Shown here piece by piece: positions 1 to 9,000 of a stretch of 64,000 nt of DNA; position 1 is the stretch's first letter; each line of letters begins with the position of its first letter. The position numbers and the translations under genes are program-made. The notes under the pieces are model-generated. The model searched no databases and was not told the DNA's origin. It saw only the letters and a list, made by a program, of their open reading frames with translations. Source of the DNA: a virus. Location: IMG/VR virus record IMGVR_UViG_3300023174_000052, positions 1 to 64,000 of that record. One strand, written 5' to 3'.

Positions 1-56
1 GATTCTAAGTGCTTGTGCGCGTCGAATCCCCCGAGAATCGCAGCGAAGTGGAGGTA

Positions 57-290
57 ATGATGCCTGATAAGATCGATAAAATATTTCCAGGTCAGTTAAG
101 GAATTGGGTATCTGGGTCAGACTGGGGCGGTGCAGGACCCTTCGTCATACTGGATTTAAAGGAACATGACTCTCCGGCGACCGACGAGGAACCTGATTTA
201 TGGGTTGAAGTTCTGGAACCTGACGGATATACTGATGAGTATCTCTTGGATGAAGTGATATTGGGGTCCGAGGGTGTCGACGAGGAATAA
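57..290 (+). CDS. small KOW/SH3-like protein (PGQLRxW subfamily)
   Basis: FPGQLRNW..GPFVIL..VEVL; GGAGG before ATG 57/60. Confidence 0.7.
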   Translation: MMPDKIDKIFPGQLRNWVSGSDWGGAGPFVILDLKEHDSPATDEEPDLWVEVLEPDGYTDEYLLDEVILGSEGVDEE

Positions 291-300
291 TTTTTTGTCC

Positions 301-340
301 CGCGGTGTTCAAATCGAGGGAGTGCGTTAGAGTATAGTTA
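301..340 (+). promoter_or_regulatory. putative promoter (degenerate class A GTGTT-N18-TAGAGT, overlapping class B ATAGTTA 334-340)
   Basis: intergenic; resembles both recurring motifs. Confidence 0.4.
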
Positions 341-372
341 TTAGAGTAACCCAAGAGAGAGGTGATTGACAA

Positions 373-576
373 ATGAGCATGCGAGTATATGACGTCGAGT
401 CTGGACAGTTGAGGAAGTGGAAGGGAACCGTTGATGATACTTTCGTCGTGGCCCGGATTTTCGTAGACAGTTCAGGACCCAAACCCTCGATGTGTGGAGA
501 GTTCGTCGGTGAGAACGGTGAAACGAAGACCATGACGCTGAAGGAAATCTGGGAGAAATCTATCGTCGCAACTTGA
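373..576 (+). CDS. small KOW/SH3-like protein (GQLRxW)
   Basis: ESGQLRKW..FVV; SD GAGGTG. Confidence 0.7.
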   Translation: MSMRVYDVESGQLRKWKGTVDDTFVVARIFVDSSGPKPSMCGEFVGENGETKTMTLKEIWEKSIVAT

Positions 577-584
577 TCGCTTGC

Positions 585-983
585 TTATCCTACTCCCTCG
601 TACCCGTTCGAACCAGTTATGACTGTGGATTGTGACGAGGGAATATTTGTTAGACCCGCGATAATCTGGTACTGGACGTTTGTTCCTGCAGAGCAGCTAA
701 TGAATAGTTTGGTGCATCGTATTTCGCCAGAGTATGGTGTGCTCGGTCCTACCGTGAAATAGTTTCCGACTGTTGCACCGAGGCCTCGTTGTGTAAAAGC
801 GATGGCGATTCTATCAGTAGAAGTTGAGGAAACGTTTCGTATCTCGAAGAACCTTGTGACTTGTGGAAACGTGATGACCTGGACACCACCAAGGCTTATG
901 AGAGATGATGTGACGTATGGAACGGCCGATGCCTGGTAAGCAGGGACGTATCCTTCATGCATGTATGGATTGTTTAATGACAT
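585..983 (-). CDS. hypothetical beta-rich protein, possibly virion-associated
   Basis: 132 aa ORF with SD AGGAG and upstream ATATTTA motif; S/T/G rich. Confidence 0.55.
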   Translation of the reverse strand: MSLNNPYMHEGYVPAYQASAVPYVTSSLISLGGVQVITFPQVTRFFEIRNVSSTSTDRIAIAFTQRGLGATVGNYFTVGPSTPYSGEIRCTKLFISCSAGTNVQYQIIAGLTNIPSSQSTVITGSNGYEGVG

Positions 984-1084
984 TCAATTCTCCTAACAAA
1001 TGTAAATATATGTCCGACTGTGAATGCAGTAACTTAATTTATCATGCCCGGTTCAATTTAAGTTGCAAATAATTTTACAATTCT

Positions 1085-1118
1085 GTCTGTGTATTCTTCA
1101 CACCCGCCGTGTTAATGT
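1085..1118 (+). promoter_or_regulatory. class A promoter GTCTGTGTA-N16-TGTTAATGT
   Basis: near match to copies at 7544, 36348 and 40052; intergenic. Confidence 0.55.
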
Positions 1119-1153
1119 TATGACATGAAGACGCTCAATCTTTGGGGGATGAG

Positions 1154-1378
1154 ATGCTGAGGGTGCTGGGTAAGAACGTCGAAGTGCCACCTGTGAAACC
1201 AGGCCAGCTCAGAAAGTGGTTTGCGCCTGGCGAACAATTCATCATTGTCCTTTCTATTGACGACGACACAGGCCGGTGCATGATTAAAAACATGACGCGA
1301 GGTCACTCCGAATCTTTCAAGATTGAATTCGTTAAAAACGTATCGACGCTGGTCGCCGATGTTGAGACGAAGGAATGA
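1154..1378 (+). CDS. small KOW/SH3-like protein (PGQLRxW)
   Basis: VKPGQLRKW..FIIV. Confidence 0.7.
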   Translation: MLRVLGKNVEVPPVKPGQLRKWFAPGEQFIIVLSIDDDTGRCMIKNMTRGHSESFKIEFVKNVSTLVADVETKE

Positions 1379-1572
1379 AACCTGGCGAATTGAGGGAATG
1401 GTTAGAAACAACCGGTATAGACAGTGACGACGCTCAATCTCCATTTTTAATCGTTCGATGCGCCGGAAGTGACGAGATGCAAATCCTCGATAGTCGAGGA
1501 AAGTTATTCTACTACTATGCAGAATACGTTGAGCGCCTTACAAAACCTGTTGGCAAAAATGAAGGTGGGTGA
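1375..1572 (+). CDS. small KOW/SH3-like protein (PGELRxW)
   Basis: MKPGELREW..PFLIV; ATGA overlap. Confidence 0.75.
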   Translation: MKPGELREWLETTGIDSDDAQSPFLIVRCAGSDEMQILDSRGKLFYYYAEYVERLTKPVGKNEGG

Positions 1573-1759
1573 AATTTGGACCTGGGTAGAAGACATCGTC
1601 TTGGGGCACTGCGACGTCCGAGGCCCGTTCATCGTCGTGCAAAAAACCTTGAAACGGGTGATGGTGATGGACTCGTCGGGAAAGACGGAGTGGTATTACA
1701 GGTCGACGATGCGAAGAACGGCGAAGAGGGTTACACTTTCTCAAGAGGTGACATCTTGA
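1559..1759 (+). CDS. small KOW/SH3-like protein
   Basis: MKVGEIWTW..GPFIVV..MDSSGK, similar to the preceding gene. Confidence 0.7.
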   Translation: MKVGEIWTWVEDIVLGHCDVRGPFIVVQKTLKRVMVMDSSGKTEWYYRSTMRRTAKRVTLSQEVTS

Positions 1760-1908
1760 AACCGAAGTTCGAGAGGGAAGACTCGAAGATGTGGATGGTC
1801 CTCGAGAATTACACGTCAGTCCGTGACATGAAATGTGTGAAGTGCATCGACACAGTGTCTGGTGACATGGGATATTTTATCGAAGTCGAGATGGTGAGGG
1901 TCGCATGA
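1690..1908 (+). CDS. small KOW/SH3-like protein (start uncertain)
   Basis: FSRGDILKP..WMVL; stop overlaps next start. Confidence 0.55.
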   Translation: MVLQVDDAKNGEEGYTFSRGDILKPKFEREDSKMWMVLENYTSVRDMKCVKCIDTVSGDMGYFIEVEMVRVA

Positions 1909-2156
1909 GCCCAGGAGATTTGGTCGAACTTGTGTGTGAAAACAATATGGTGATGTGGCGATTGCCTGAGGATGGATATACTGGTGATAAGGGCGTCGAG
2001 CATGTAATGTTAAAAGAAGCGAGGGTCGTATACGTCGGTGCCGGAAAAGGATTGACACAGGGATATCCCACATCGAAAGTCTTTTACGACGGCAATGTAT
2101 GGAATTGTTACACGTTAGACATCACTCGATTCAAAAAAATGATGCAAAGGATTTAA
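1905..2156 (+). CDS. small KOW/SH3-like protein
   Basis: MSPGDLVELV; ATGA overlap. Confidence 0.75.
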   Translation: MSPGDLVELVCENNMVMWRLPEDGYTGDKGVEHVMLKEARVVYVGAGKGLTQGYPTSKVFYDGNVWNCYTLDITRFKKMMQRI

Positions 2157-2195
2157 GGAACTCTACTTCATATTTAGAAATTGAAGGGGTTTGAA

Positions 2196-2516
2196 ATGAA
2201 TAATATCAAACAGGAGATCTCAGACGAACAAATCCAGAAAATAGCTACCGTCGCAGTAGAGTCATACATCAGGGCTCTTGACGGTGAAGGTTTGCTGAAC
2301 GAGAGTGCAGACTATATCCTAACTTATTATTCTATCGTCTCGTATAAAAAGGGATTCTGGGGCTCGTTGGTCGAAAAGTTGTTTAAGATCGACAATGATG
2401 CCTCGCTCTACTTCAGGACAGTGAAACACATTATCCATACCAAAGAGACGCCCAGAAAAGATGGAAGCGACCCGGGAAGATTAGGTCAGGTTATCTCGTT
2501 GCGAGGTGACAAATGA
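2196..2516 (+). CDS. hypothetical protein (not KOW-like)
   Basis: ORF with SD-like GAAGGGG, coupled to next gene. Confidence 0.65.
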   Translation: MNNIKQEISDEQIQKIATVAVESYIRALDGEGLLNESADYILTYYSIVSYKKGFWGSLVEKLFKIDNDASLYFRTVKHIIHTKETPRKDGSDPGRLGQVISLRGDK

Positions 2517-2803
2517 AATCTGGTGATATCGTGTGGGTTGGTCCACCTCGAGATTTAATGTATGCCTGGTTTTATCAACACGCCGAAGATAGAAAAGATG
2601 ATATCATGATACCTACGGGCACTCCTCTTATTTACATGAGAAAAATTGAATACCATGAAATGACAGATTGGATGAAGAAACAACTTTCCATCGACGATAA
2701 AAACTGGGGGTGGGTGTTAATATTCTATAATGGTAAGGAATATTACGCACACACAGCTGACATCTCGACGAAGCCTGTGGAGATGCGAACGGACAAACGA
2801 TGA
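2513..2803 (+). CDS. small KOW/SH3-like protein
   Basis: MKSGDIVWV..LIFYNG. Confidence 0.7.
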   Translation: MKSGDIVWVGPPRDLMYAWFYQHAEDRKDDIMIPTGTPLIYMRKIEYHEMTDWMKKQLSIDDKNWGWVLIFYNGKEYYAHTADISTKPVEMRTDKR

Positions 2804-3012
2804 GGGATAACTCTTACGAAGTTGGTGATATTGCGACCATAGCTTATGTAAAAGGATTCGAGAACGTTTTAATCCTCGAGTCAGACGTAGATTTAGACCA
2901 ATTCGATGGAAAGACATTGCTATGGTCATATAAAGTATCTCTTAGTAATGGAAGGACAATGTGGGTTGATGAACGAGATTTATCGAAAATTGACAAGACA
3001 GGAGGACGTTAG
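2800..3012 (+). CDS. small KOW/SH3-like protein
   Basis: YEVGDIATI..YKV..WVDERDL. Confidence 0.75.
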   Translation: MRDNSYEVGDIATIAYVKGFENVLILESDVDLDQFDGKTLLWSYKVSLSNGRTMWVDERDLSKIDKTGGR

Positions 3013-3013
3013 G

Positions 3014-3226
3014 TTGTTTGGTGAAGTGATACCTGGACAGCTTCGAAAGTGGACGGGAGATTCGGGAAACTCAGGAGCAATTATGATTCTCGGAGTTAAG
3101 GAATATCCAGCCGACGACTGCGCATCTAATTTATTACTCGTAGAATACCTAAACGAAAATGGAATCCGAGGAGAAATCGAATCTTTCTTCTTTAAACTCT
3201 GGACCAGCCCGATGGATGGGCAGTAA
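3014..3226 (+). CDS. small KOW/SH3-like protein (PGQLRxW)
   Basis: IPGQLRKW; GGAGG before TTG 3014. Confidence 0.65.
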   Translation: MFGEVIPGQLRKWTGDSGNSGAIMILGVKEYPADDCASNLLLVEYLNENGIRGEIESFFFKLWTSPMDGQ

Positions 3227-3443
3227 AGTGAACTTCGAAACGCAAATGCCCGACTATGAACCTGGCGAGCTCGTCATGATCAAAGCTGGTTATACGCGTG
3301 CTGGCGTTGCAGGTCCTGGTATGGTCGTAAAGAGGAGAAAAGGTGGAGAATCCCACTCACCAGAGTTTTTGAAGTATGACGTGTTGTTCGAGGACGAGGT
3401 CATCATGATGTATGAATATGAATTCACAAAATTTAAGTCATGA
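3216..3443 (+). CDS. small KOW/SH3-like protein
   Basis: YEPGELVMI..GMVV..YDVLF..YEYEF. Confidence 0.7.
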   Translation: MGSKVNFETQMPDYEPGELVMIKAGYTRAGVAGPGMVVKRRKGGESHSPEFLKYDVLFEDEVIMMYEYEFTKFKS

Positions 3444-3646
3444 CAGAAATAAAACCGTCCCAGCTATGGAAGAGTAAAAGACCAATTTGGGTAAGTCCGT
3501 CGGTGACAAACGAATGCGTCATGATAAAATCCACTTCTCAATTTGAAGAATTATACACTGTTGTTACTTTTTTTAGTTTTGCGTCGAAAACAGACTTTCA
3601 CATGGAACTCGAAGAATTTAGAGAGTCGTATGAAATAGTGAAGTAA
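3440..3646 (+). CDS. small KOW/SH3-like protein
   Basis: IKPSQLWKS; ATGA overlap. Confidence 0.6.
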   Translation: MTEIKPSQLWKSKRPIWVSPSVTNECVMIKSTSQFEELYTVVTFFSFASKTDFHMELEEFRESYEIVK

Positions 3647-3888
3647 TGCGACCACCATACCCAAAAATCAGTGTTGGTTCCATCGTTAAGGTCATAGTAG
3701 CACCAGACCAGAGCAAGTACGTTATGCAAAGACTCTGGGGTAAATATGGCGTCGTGCTCCAGAACGTCATCACAACTTCATCACCGTCACTGTACGAAGT
3801 CTACCTCGAAGATGGAAGCACCTGGACTCTTCACTATCTCGATTTAGAAGTGGTCTCCGAGAAAAATAGTTCACTCTCGCTATGTTAA
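3646..3888 (+). CDS. small KOW/SH3-like protein
   Basis: ISVGSIVKV..GKYGVV..YEVYL..DLEV. Confidence 0.75.
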   Translation: MRPPYPKISVGSIVKVIVAPDQSKYVMQRLWGKYGVVLQNVITTSSPSLYEVYLEDGSTWTLHYLDLEVVSEKNSSLSLC

Positions 3889-3943
3889 TTTTCAGCGACA
3901 TGTATTATGTTATGGATAGAAATGTAACCACACGAGGCATATA

Positions 3944-4099
3944 ATGGACAAAGTATTGACCAATGAATACTTCGAGAAGAGAAAACTGGAGCTCAAACAT
4001 TGTATTGAGAATGGTCTCGTCTTTTATTACACAACCCAGGACGACAGGGAATATATCAAGCTCCTCGAACAGGAAATCAAACGGTTGAAGAATGACTGA
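3944..4099 (+). CDS. 51-aa hypothetical protein (not in the ORF track)
   Basis: manually translated MDKVLTNEYFEKRKLELK..KRLKND; SD GAGG; overlaps next start. Confidence 0.55.
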   Translation: MDKVLTNEYFEKRKLELKHCIENGLVFYYTTQDDREYIKLLEQEIKRLKND

Positions 4100-4382
4100 T
4101 AATAACACCTGTTATAGGTTTAAACCTGGCGACCTCGTGAAGGTAAACAAAACCAGGTTCGATAATACGACAATCGATAAGAACTATACCCTTTTACGAA
4201 GCTCGAACCTGGATGGTGACGAAAATAGGGTAACGACGACTGTAAGAGTGCCACGTGGCGAGCCTGTTTTCATCGTCGATTACTTTAATAAAGAAAATCC
4301 GGGATTACATGTCAAATGGTACGTCATGTATCAAGAAAAAATCTGGTGGGTCTATGAAAGTGAACTCGAAGCGACAGTGTGA
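4092..4382 (+). CDS. small KOW/SH3-like protein
   Basis: FKPGDLVKV..WVYESELE. Confidence 0.75.
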   Translation: MTDNNTCYRFKPGDLVKVNKTRFDNTTIDKNYTLLRSSNLDGDENRVTTTVRVPRGEPVFIVDYFNKENPGLHVKWYVMYQEKIWWVYESELEATV

Positions 4383-4617
4383 CTTTAACTTTAATGTCGG
4401 AGACCTCGTCATCGTAGAGACAACGGATTTCCCGTCTAAAACAGGAGTCATCACTCGTGTACGATGGTGGGACAGGTTCGATTATCCTGATGATTCTGTC
4501 GAAATCGACGTTTTTATAGATGGTCGAATCCGAGGTCCTTTCATGTTCGCCGACCTTAAAAAGGTGGGTGATTCTAAAAACTGTTCCACGAGTTACGAAC
4601 CATGCAAAATGAAGTGA
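4354..4617 (+). CDS. small KOW/SH3-like protein
   Basis: FNVGDLVIV..TGVI..VFIDG..DLKKV. Confidence 0.7.
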   Translation: MKVNSKRQCDFNFNVGDLVIVETTDFPSKTGVITRVRWWDRFDYPDDSVEIDVFIDGRIRGPFMFADLKKVGDSKNCSTSYEPCKMK

Positions 4618-4805
4618 CATTTTCACCCGGCGAATTGGTTGAAGTCGTCTTTTCTCGTAACGAAATTCACCATGCTGTCTACCTCAGGCGAGCACATGTG
4701 AAATATACAAAATTTCAAATACCACATGAAGTCTTTTTTAACGGTGATGTATTCCATGTATACGATGGAACCATAAGAAAAATTAAGGGAGATAAAGATG
4801 AATAA
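4602..4805 (+). CDS. small KOW/SH3-like protein
   Basis: FSPGELVEV..EVFFNG. Confidence 0.7.
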   Translation: MQNEVTFSPGELVEVVFSRNEIHHAVYLRRAHVKYTKFQIPHEVFFNGDVFHVYDGTIRKIKGDKDE

Positions 4806-5118
4806 GACACAGAAAAAGACGGTGACTTTCTCGTTGACAAAGAACGAATTGCTCGAAGCAATCAGCGATTACATTCTCCTCGAGACCGGTGAATTGCACA
4901 CCGACCTTTCATATGTCTGTATGAACAGTGACGGCACTGTCGTAGTGAGCAAGACCTACAACGAGGAAGAGAAAAAGAAAGAAATGGAAAGTAGCGTGGA
5001 ATTCATCGAGGACTCCGACGAAAATCATGAAAGTCCCTTCGAAAACGACACGATGAATAACTGTGGCGTGACCCCCGGAGTCATGTCATACATCAAGAAA
5101 CACATCACCTCGCGATAG
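4798..5118 (+). CDS. hypothetical acidic protein
   Basis: ORF with SD GGAG, coupled to upstream gene. Confidence 0.65.
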   Translation: MNKTQKKTVTFSLTKNELLEAISDYILLETGELHTDLSYVCMNSDGTVVVSKTYNEEEKKKEMESSVEFIEDSDENHESPFENDTMNNCGVTPGVMSYIKKHITSR

Positions 5119-5122
5119 AGAT

Positions 5123-5332
5123 ATGCAAACTGGCGTTAAACAGGGTCAACTAAGGGTCTGGTCAAATCCACAGTGGGGTGATTGTGGTTCTACGTTCTTC
5201 GTAGTTGGTCAAGTAGTTTCTGGTCCTGACTCTGACATGCTTCGAGTTCAATGGTATATTCACAGTGCTGAAGAAGGGGTGTCCACCGTTCCAGAGAGTG
5301 ATATCATCAAAGACTCGAAGGTGTTACGGTGA
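5123..5332 (+). CDS. small KOW/SH3-like protein (GQLRxW)
   Basis: VKQGQLRVW..FFVV..WYI. Confidence 0.75.
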   Translation: MQTGVKQGQLRVWSNPQWGDCGSTFFVVGQVVSGPDSDMLRVQWYIHSAEEGVSTVPESDIIKDSKVLR

Positions 5333-5526
5333 AAATTGAACCAGGTCAATTGAGGGTGTGGTGTGAAAAAGACGGGGAACATTGGGCTAATCGGTATGGT
5401 CGTACTTTTTTAATCGTCTGTAGACAAAAAAATCCCATGTCACCGAACTGGTACGTATACACGAAGGTGGGAATAAGACTTCTTTACGAGAGATACATCA
5501 GTGAATCCTCTGAGTTGCTAAAATGA
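5329..5526 (+). CDS. small KOW/SH3-like protein (PGQLRxW)
   Basis: IEPGQLRVW..FLIV..WYV; GTGA overlap. Confidence 0.75.
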   Translation: MKIEPGQLRVWCEKDGEHWANRYGRTFLIVCRQKNPMSPNWYVYTKVGIRLLYERYISESSELLK

Positions 5527-5732
5527 GACACTATAGGGACGGCGAGTTAGTGGTTATAAAAGACGACTACTATCCATCAATATTCCGTAATGAAAAGGCG
5601 ATTGTCATGTTTTCTAAACAAGTCTTCAAGGATGAAAACAGTTATCGAGACTATAAAGTCTTCGTCTTTAAGAATGGGCACACAATGTTAATTTCAGGAC
5701 GTGACATCGAATCCATCGAGGGGGATGAATGA
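5523..5732 (+). CDS. small KOW/SH3-like protein
   Basis: YRDGELVVI..YKVF..DIE. Confidence 0.7.
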   Translation: MRHYRDGELVVIKDDYYPSIFRNEKAIVMFSKQVFKDENSYRDYKVFVFKNGHTMLISGRDIESIEGDE

Positions 5733-5989
5733 AAGACGAACGACAACCAATCTTCTATACAACTGAACCAATTTTCGGTTGTTCACAACCCGTCAGAAAG
5801 GGAGACATCCTCAAGATTAGACAGTGCGGGAGCGCGTTCCTCGTCACGGGCGACAAGACGTTCTATCCACTCGAGTTTCTGGACGAGGACGCCGATTTTG
5901 ACCCTCCACCATTCATCGAAGGATTAGTAGATGGAGAAATCCAACGAGTGTGCATAGCGGACCTCGAGGCGTTGGTCGATGAATACTGA
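5729..5989 (+). CDS. small KOW/SH3-like protein
   Basis: VRKGDILKI..LVDG..DLE. Confidence 0.65.
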   Translation: MKDERQPIFYTTEPIFGCSQPVRKGDILKIRQCGSAFLVTGDKTFYPLEFLDEDADFDPPPFIEGLVDGEIQRVCIADLEALVDEY

Positions 5990-6254
5990 ACCTGAAGAAT
6001 TGGGATTTGATAAGAACGGAATCCCGAGTTCTCAGCCCCTCTATAAAACTCGTCCACACCGAGGACGTCGCCACCCTGAGAAGAAAGGGAAGTGGGTCTA
6101 CATGGCGTGTTATTATTGGGATGATAGGGGGAACGCACGAGGAGTCAATTATAATTGGGCGACGAGACTCATAAAATTGGGTCACCGTGTTGGAAAATTG
6201 TCCTGGGAAGCAACAACTGAATACTATTTCTTTGTGAGTGATGACAAGAAATGA
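5979..6254 (+). CDS. hypothetical basic protein
   Basis: overlaps both neighbours within the array. Confidence 0.6.
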   Translation: MNTEPEELGFDKNGIPSSQPLYKTRPHRGRRHPEKKGKWVYMACYYWDDRGNARGVNYNWATRLIKLGHRVGKLSWEATTEYYFFVSDDKK

Positions 6255-6460
6255 AACCCGGTGACCTCGTACGGTATAAGAAGAGATACGAATGGCGATC
6301 AGAGTTCCAGTCTGATGGTGTACTCACCGGACTCTTGATTAGGGACGTCACACAGGAATATGGATCTAACAATAATCGAAATGACGAGATGTTCGAAGTC
6401 CTGTTTGGAGAAGAATCGGTAGTCATGTACAAGTACGAGATTGAACTGGTGACCGAATGA
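6251..6460 (+). CDS. small KOW/SH3-like protein
   Basis: MKPGDLVRY..TGLLI..FEVLF..YEIELV. Confidence 0.8.
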   Translation: MKPGDLVRYKKRYEWRSEFQSDGVLTGLLIRDVTQEYGSNNNRNDEMFEVLFGEESVVMYKYEIELVTE

Positions 6461-6702
6461 AACCAGGCGACCTCGCTCGGTTCGTTCGAGAAAACACAGA
6501 ATCAGACCACGTGATGGTCATCAGCGTCAATGACATTGGTTCGGACGAATACGTGCCCGTCGGTGAGTTAGTCGTCTTTCTGGGTGTCAGTAATGAAGCC
6601 GACAGGGTGTTTGGAAGAACACCTCATGAAACATGGGTGAAGATTTTTTGGAGAGAATCCACGTGGTACGCCTACGCCTCAGACCTTGAGGAAGTATCAT
6701 GA
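6457..6702 (+). CDS. small KOW/SH3-like protein
   Basis: MKPGDLARF..SDLEEV. Confidence 0.75.
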   Translation: MKPGDLARFVRENTESDHVMVISVNDIGSDEYVPVGELVVFLGVSNEADRVFGRTPHETWVKIFWRESTWYAYASDLEEVS

Positions 6703-6923
6703 AACCCGGTGACCTCGTGAGAGTCCTCAATTGTGACAATGAGTATGAACACGATGAATACTCAGGTCAGGTCGGAGTCTTAGTCGACATCGACACACAC
6801 AATAATATACGCCAGTTATTGGGGGCCGTCAATGTCTACGTCGTTATGTTAAATGGTTATGAACCCGCCTACTTCTACGAACATGAAATAGAATTAGTCA
6901 GTGAGTGTGTCAAAGATGCGTGA
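6699..6923 (+). CDS. small KOW/SH3-like protein
   Basis: MKPGDLVRV..GQVGVLV..YVV..EIELV (canonical KOW pattern). Confidence 0.8.
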   Translation: MKPGDLVRVLNCDNEYEHDEYSGQVGVLVDIDTHNNIRQLLGAVNVYVVMLNGYEPAYFYEHEIELVSECVKDA

Positions 6924-7146
6924 CTGTCTCGGATTCGAAAAGAACATCGGGAAACTCGTACGTGTTCCCGATTGTCGACCAAACGATTTGTCAGAGCATC
7001 CAGGAATCATCATCGATGTGTCAATAGACGACGACCACGACACATACCTTGGAATTGACATCGAGTCTTTTGTGAGATACACAGTCATGTTTCCTACAGG
7101 TCTTGAAATAATTTTTGGGGATGAAATTGAAATTCAAGAAGGGTGA
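6916..7146 (+). CDS. small KOW/SH3-like protein
   Basis: IGKLVRV..GIII..YTVMF..DEIEI. Confidence 0.7.
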   Translation: MRDCLGFEKNIGKLVRVPDCRPNDLSEHPGIIIDVSIDDDHDTYLGIDIESFVRYTVMFPTGLEIIFGDEIEIQEG

Positions 7147-7294
7147 CCTCGTTACGACATTCACAGACTTTCGAAGACTAAAAGGAATCGTGATGGACGT
7201 AACCGTGGGTGGTGAGTACAAGGTCTGGTGGTACGACTTGAACGACTGGGACATCTTCGGAGGGTCTGAGATGGAACACTTTACAGATGGATGA
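7121..7294 (+). CDS. 57-aa KOW/SH3-like protein (not in the ORF track)
   Basis: manually translated MKLKFKKGDLVTT..KGIVMD..YKVWW. Confidence 0.7.
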   Translation: MKLKFKKGDLVTTFTDFRRLKGIVMDVTVGGEYKVWWYDLNDWDIFGGSEMEHFTDG

Positions 7295-7529
7295 AACGAA
7301 GTTCGAAATCGGAGAACTCGTGTGGTATCCTGTATTTGATTCCAATGATACGGCGTCACTATGCCCAGGCGTCATCATCGAACTGGACGAGGACAAAGAC
7401 GCCATCTACGCCGATGAGAGGTTATCGGCTCGCCGGTTATATCGAATAATGGGGGAACACACCGAAGAAGAATCATGGTTCTATTCCTGGGAGATTATGA
7501 AGTTCAATCCGAGTAACACACCAGAATAA
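7287..7529 (+). CDS. small KOW/SH3-like protein
   Basis: FEIGELVWY..GVII..YRI..WEI. Confidence 0.75.
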   Translation: MDETKFEIGELVWYPVFDSNDTASLCPGVIIELDEDKDAIYADERLSARRLYRIMGEHTEEESWFYSWEIMKFNPSNTPE

Positions 7530-7543
7530 AATATTTTCAATAT

Positions 7544-7576
7544 GTCTGTGTTAAAAAACGGGATATGTGTTATATT
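7544..7576 (+). promoter_or_regulatory. class A promoter GTCTGTGTT-N15-TGTTATATT
   Basis: intergenic; extended -10 (TGnTATATT); same 9-mer at 36348 and 40052. Confidence 0.65.
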
Positions 7577-7592
7577 GATTTAGGAGATTGAG

Positions 7593-7769
7593 ATGTCCCT
7601 TTTCAAGGTGGGTGACCTCGCACAGGGCATGTCAGACGATGGTCCAGTCATCGTGATTATCACAGGTTCTAAACGAAAAGAATTTTGGAAAGAAACTTTT
7701 TACGATGTGTTTTGGAAAGGTAATACCTACGAACTCGCCGAGTGTTATCTAAAACGTTTAACTGATTAG
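7593..7769 (+). CDS. 58-aa KOW/SH3-like protein (not in the ORF track)
   Basis: manually translated MSLFKVGDLAQG..YDVFW; SD AGGAG. Confidence 0.75.
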   Translation: MSLFKVGDLAQGMSDDGPVIVIITGSKRKEFWKETFYDVFWKGNTYELAECYLKRLTD

Positions 7770-7778
7770 GAGTCCAAG

Positions 7779-7952
7779 ATGTCTCGGTATAAAGAAGGCG
7801 ACCTCGTGAGGGTGATTTTGAACGATTGTGGATTACCCATGGTCGTCACACGTTCAATCTGGAACCTTGAATATCGTGAGATGCACTATGAAGTCTATCG
7901 TGATGGAAAGACCTACACTCTCTCCGAGAACTGGTTAACGAGGGTAACTTGA
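7779..7952 (+). CDS. 57-aa KOW/SH3-like protein (not in the ORF track)
   Basis: manually translated MSRYKEGDLVRV..YEVY; SD AGGAG. Confidence 0.75.
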   Translation: MSRYKEGDLVRVILNDCGLPMVVTRSIWNLEYREMHYEVYRDGKTYTLSENWLTRVT

Positions 7953-8161
7953 CGTTCCAGAAGGGGGAACTCGTCATGGTCAAAGAGAGAAATGGTTACG
8001 GATACTCATGGGCATTGACGAAATTCGTCGGTCGGGCGGGTATCGTGACGATGACTCTTCTCGATAAGAACGAGCGAAAACCCGACAGTCAAATCATGGT
8101 CTATTTCCCAGATGGAAAAGAATTTTTCTTCTTCGAAGAAGAACTGGTCAGACTACGATGA
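7949..8161 (+). CDS. small KOW/SH3-like protein
   Basis: FQKGELVMV..GRAGIV..VYFPDG..EEL. Confidence 0.8.
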   Translation: MTFQKGELVMVKERNGYGYSWALTKFVGRAGIVTMTLLDKNERKPDSQIMVYFPDGKEFFFFEEELVRLR

Positions 8162-8391
8162 AAACGATAGGAAAAATAGAATCGCTCAAACTCGTCAGGA
8201 TTAAAAAGTCTGTCAGTATCACTCACAGTCTCCCGACGAGTATTGGTGTCTGTGTCCGTCCACTCACCCAACAAGAGATTACGGACGAGGGATACGACCC
8301 GAAAGGTGTCACCGACCCACCATGGTTCGTCCATTTCAAAGAGACAGGTCCCGTCATCGTATTCCAGGACGAACTCGAGGAAGTTCGATGA
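8158..8391 (+). CDS. small KOW/SH3-like protein
   Basis: KLVRI..IGVCV..WFVHF..DELEEV. Confidence 0.65.
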   Translation: MKTIGKIESLKLVRIKKSVSITHSLPTSIGVCVRPLTQQEITDEGYDPKGVTDPPWFVHFKETGPVIVFQDELEEVR

Positions 8392-8630
8392 AAACCGATA
8401 TAAAGGTGGGTGACCTTGTATGGGTTGACCGGTCGACGTTCGATTCCAGGACCGAAGATACTCCCGGCGTCGTCGTGGGAATCGAGTGCGAGTGGGACGA
8501 CGGTGAACCCCCAGGTATGTTTTTGACGACGTGGATTGAGATACTATTCGGAGACGGGACTGTAGAGACCTGGGACTCAGACATCGTGAATCACCTGGGA
8601 AATTACACTGGTGAATGGACTGGGGAATAG
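8388..8630 (+). CDS. small KOW/SH3-like protein
   Basis: IKVGDLVWV..GVVV..ILFGDG. Confidence 0.75.
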   Translation: MKTDIKVGDLVWVDRSTFDSRTEDTPGVVVGIECEWDDGEPPGMFLTTWIEILFGDGTVETWDSDIVNHLGNYTGEWTGE

Positions 8631-8631
8631 A

Positions 8632-9000
8632 ATGTGGGAATACATGTTATTTAAAGACATGATAGCGTTAACCATCTCATCCTTTGTCTTCCTGTTCACT
8701 GTCCTATTCATTATGAAGGTTTTAAACATTTACCATGTGCATACCAAGGTTGGGCGTCCGAACCCTCCAAAGCCTCATAATGTAACGGAATGGGACCCGA
8801 TTCCACAAGGTTCTCTGGTGAAGGTAAAGACGCCGGATGACCCGATGTTCAGGTCTCGCTGGGATGGTCTGACTGGGTTCGTCACAGGAGTCAGCGAGGA
8901 TGGAATTTGGTATAACGTCATGTTCGTATCGAAAGAGAGCATAATGACCTACCAAGTTTTCAAGAGGTCTGACCTCGAATACATCAGGGATGTAAATTGA
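8632..9000 (+). CDS. membrane-anchored KOW/SH3-like protein
   Basis: N-terminal hydrophobic helix, then PQGSLVKV..GLTGFV..YNVMF..DLEYI. Confidence 0.7.
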   Translation: MWEYMLFKDMIALTISSFVFLFTVLFIMKVLNIYHVHTKVGRPNPPKPHNVTEWDPIPQGSLVKVKTPDDPMFRSRWDGLTGFVTGVSEDGIWYNVMFVSKESIMTYQVFKRSDLEYIRDVN

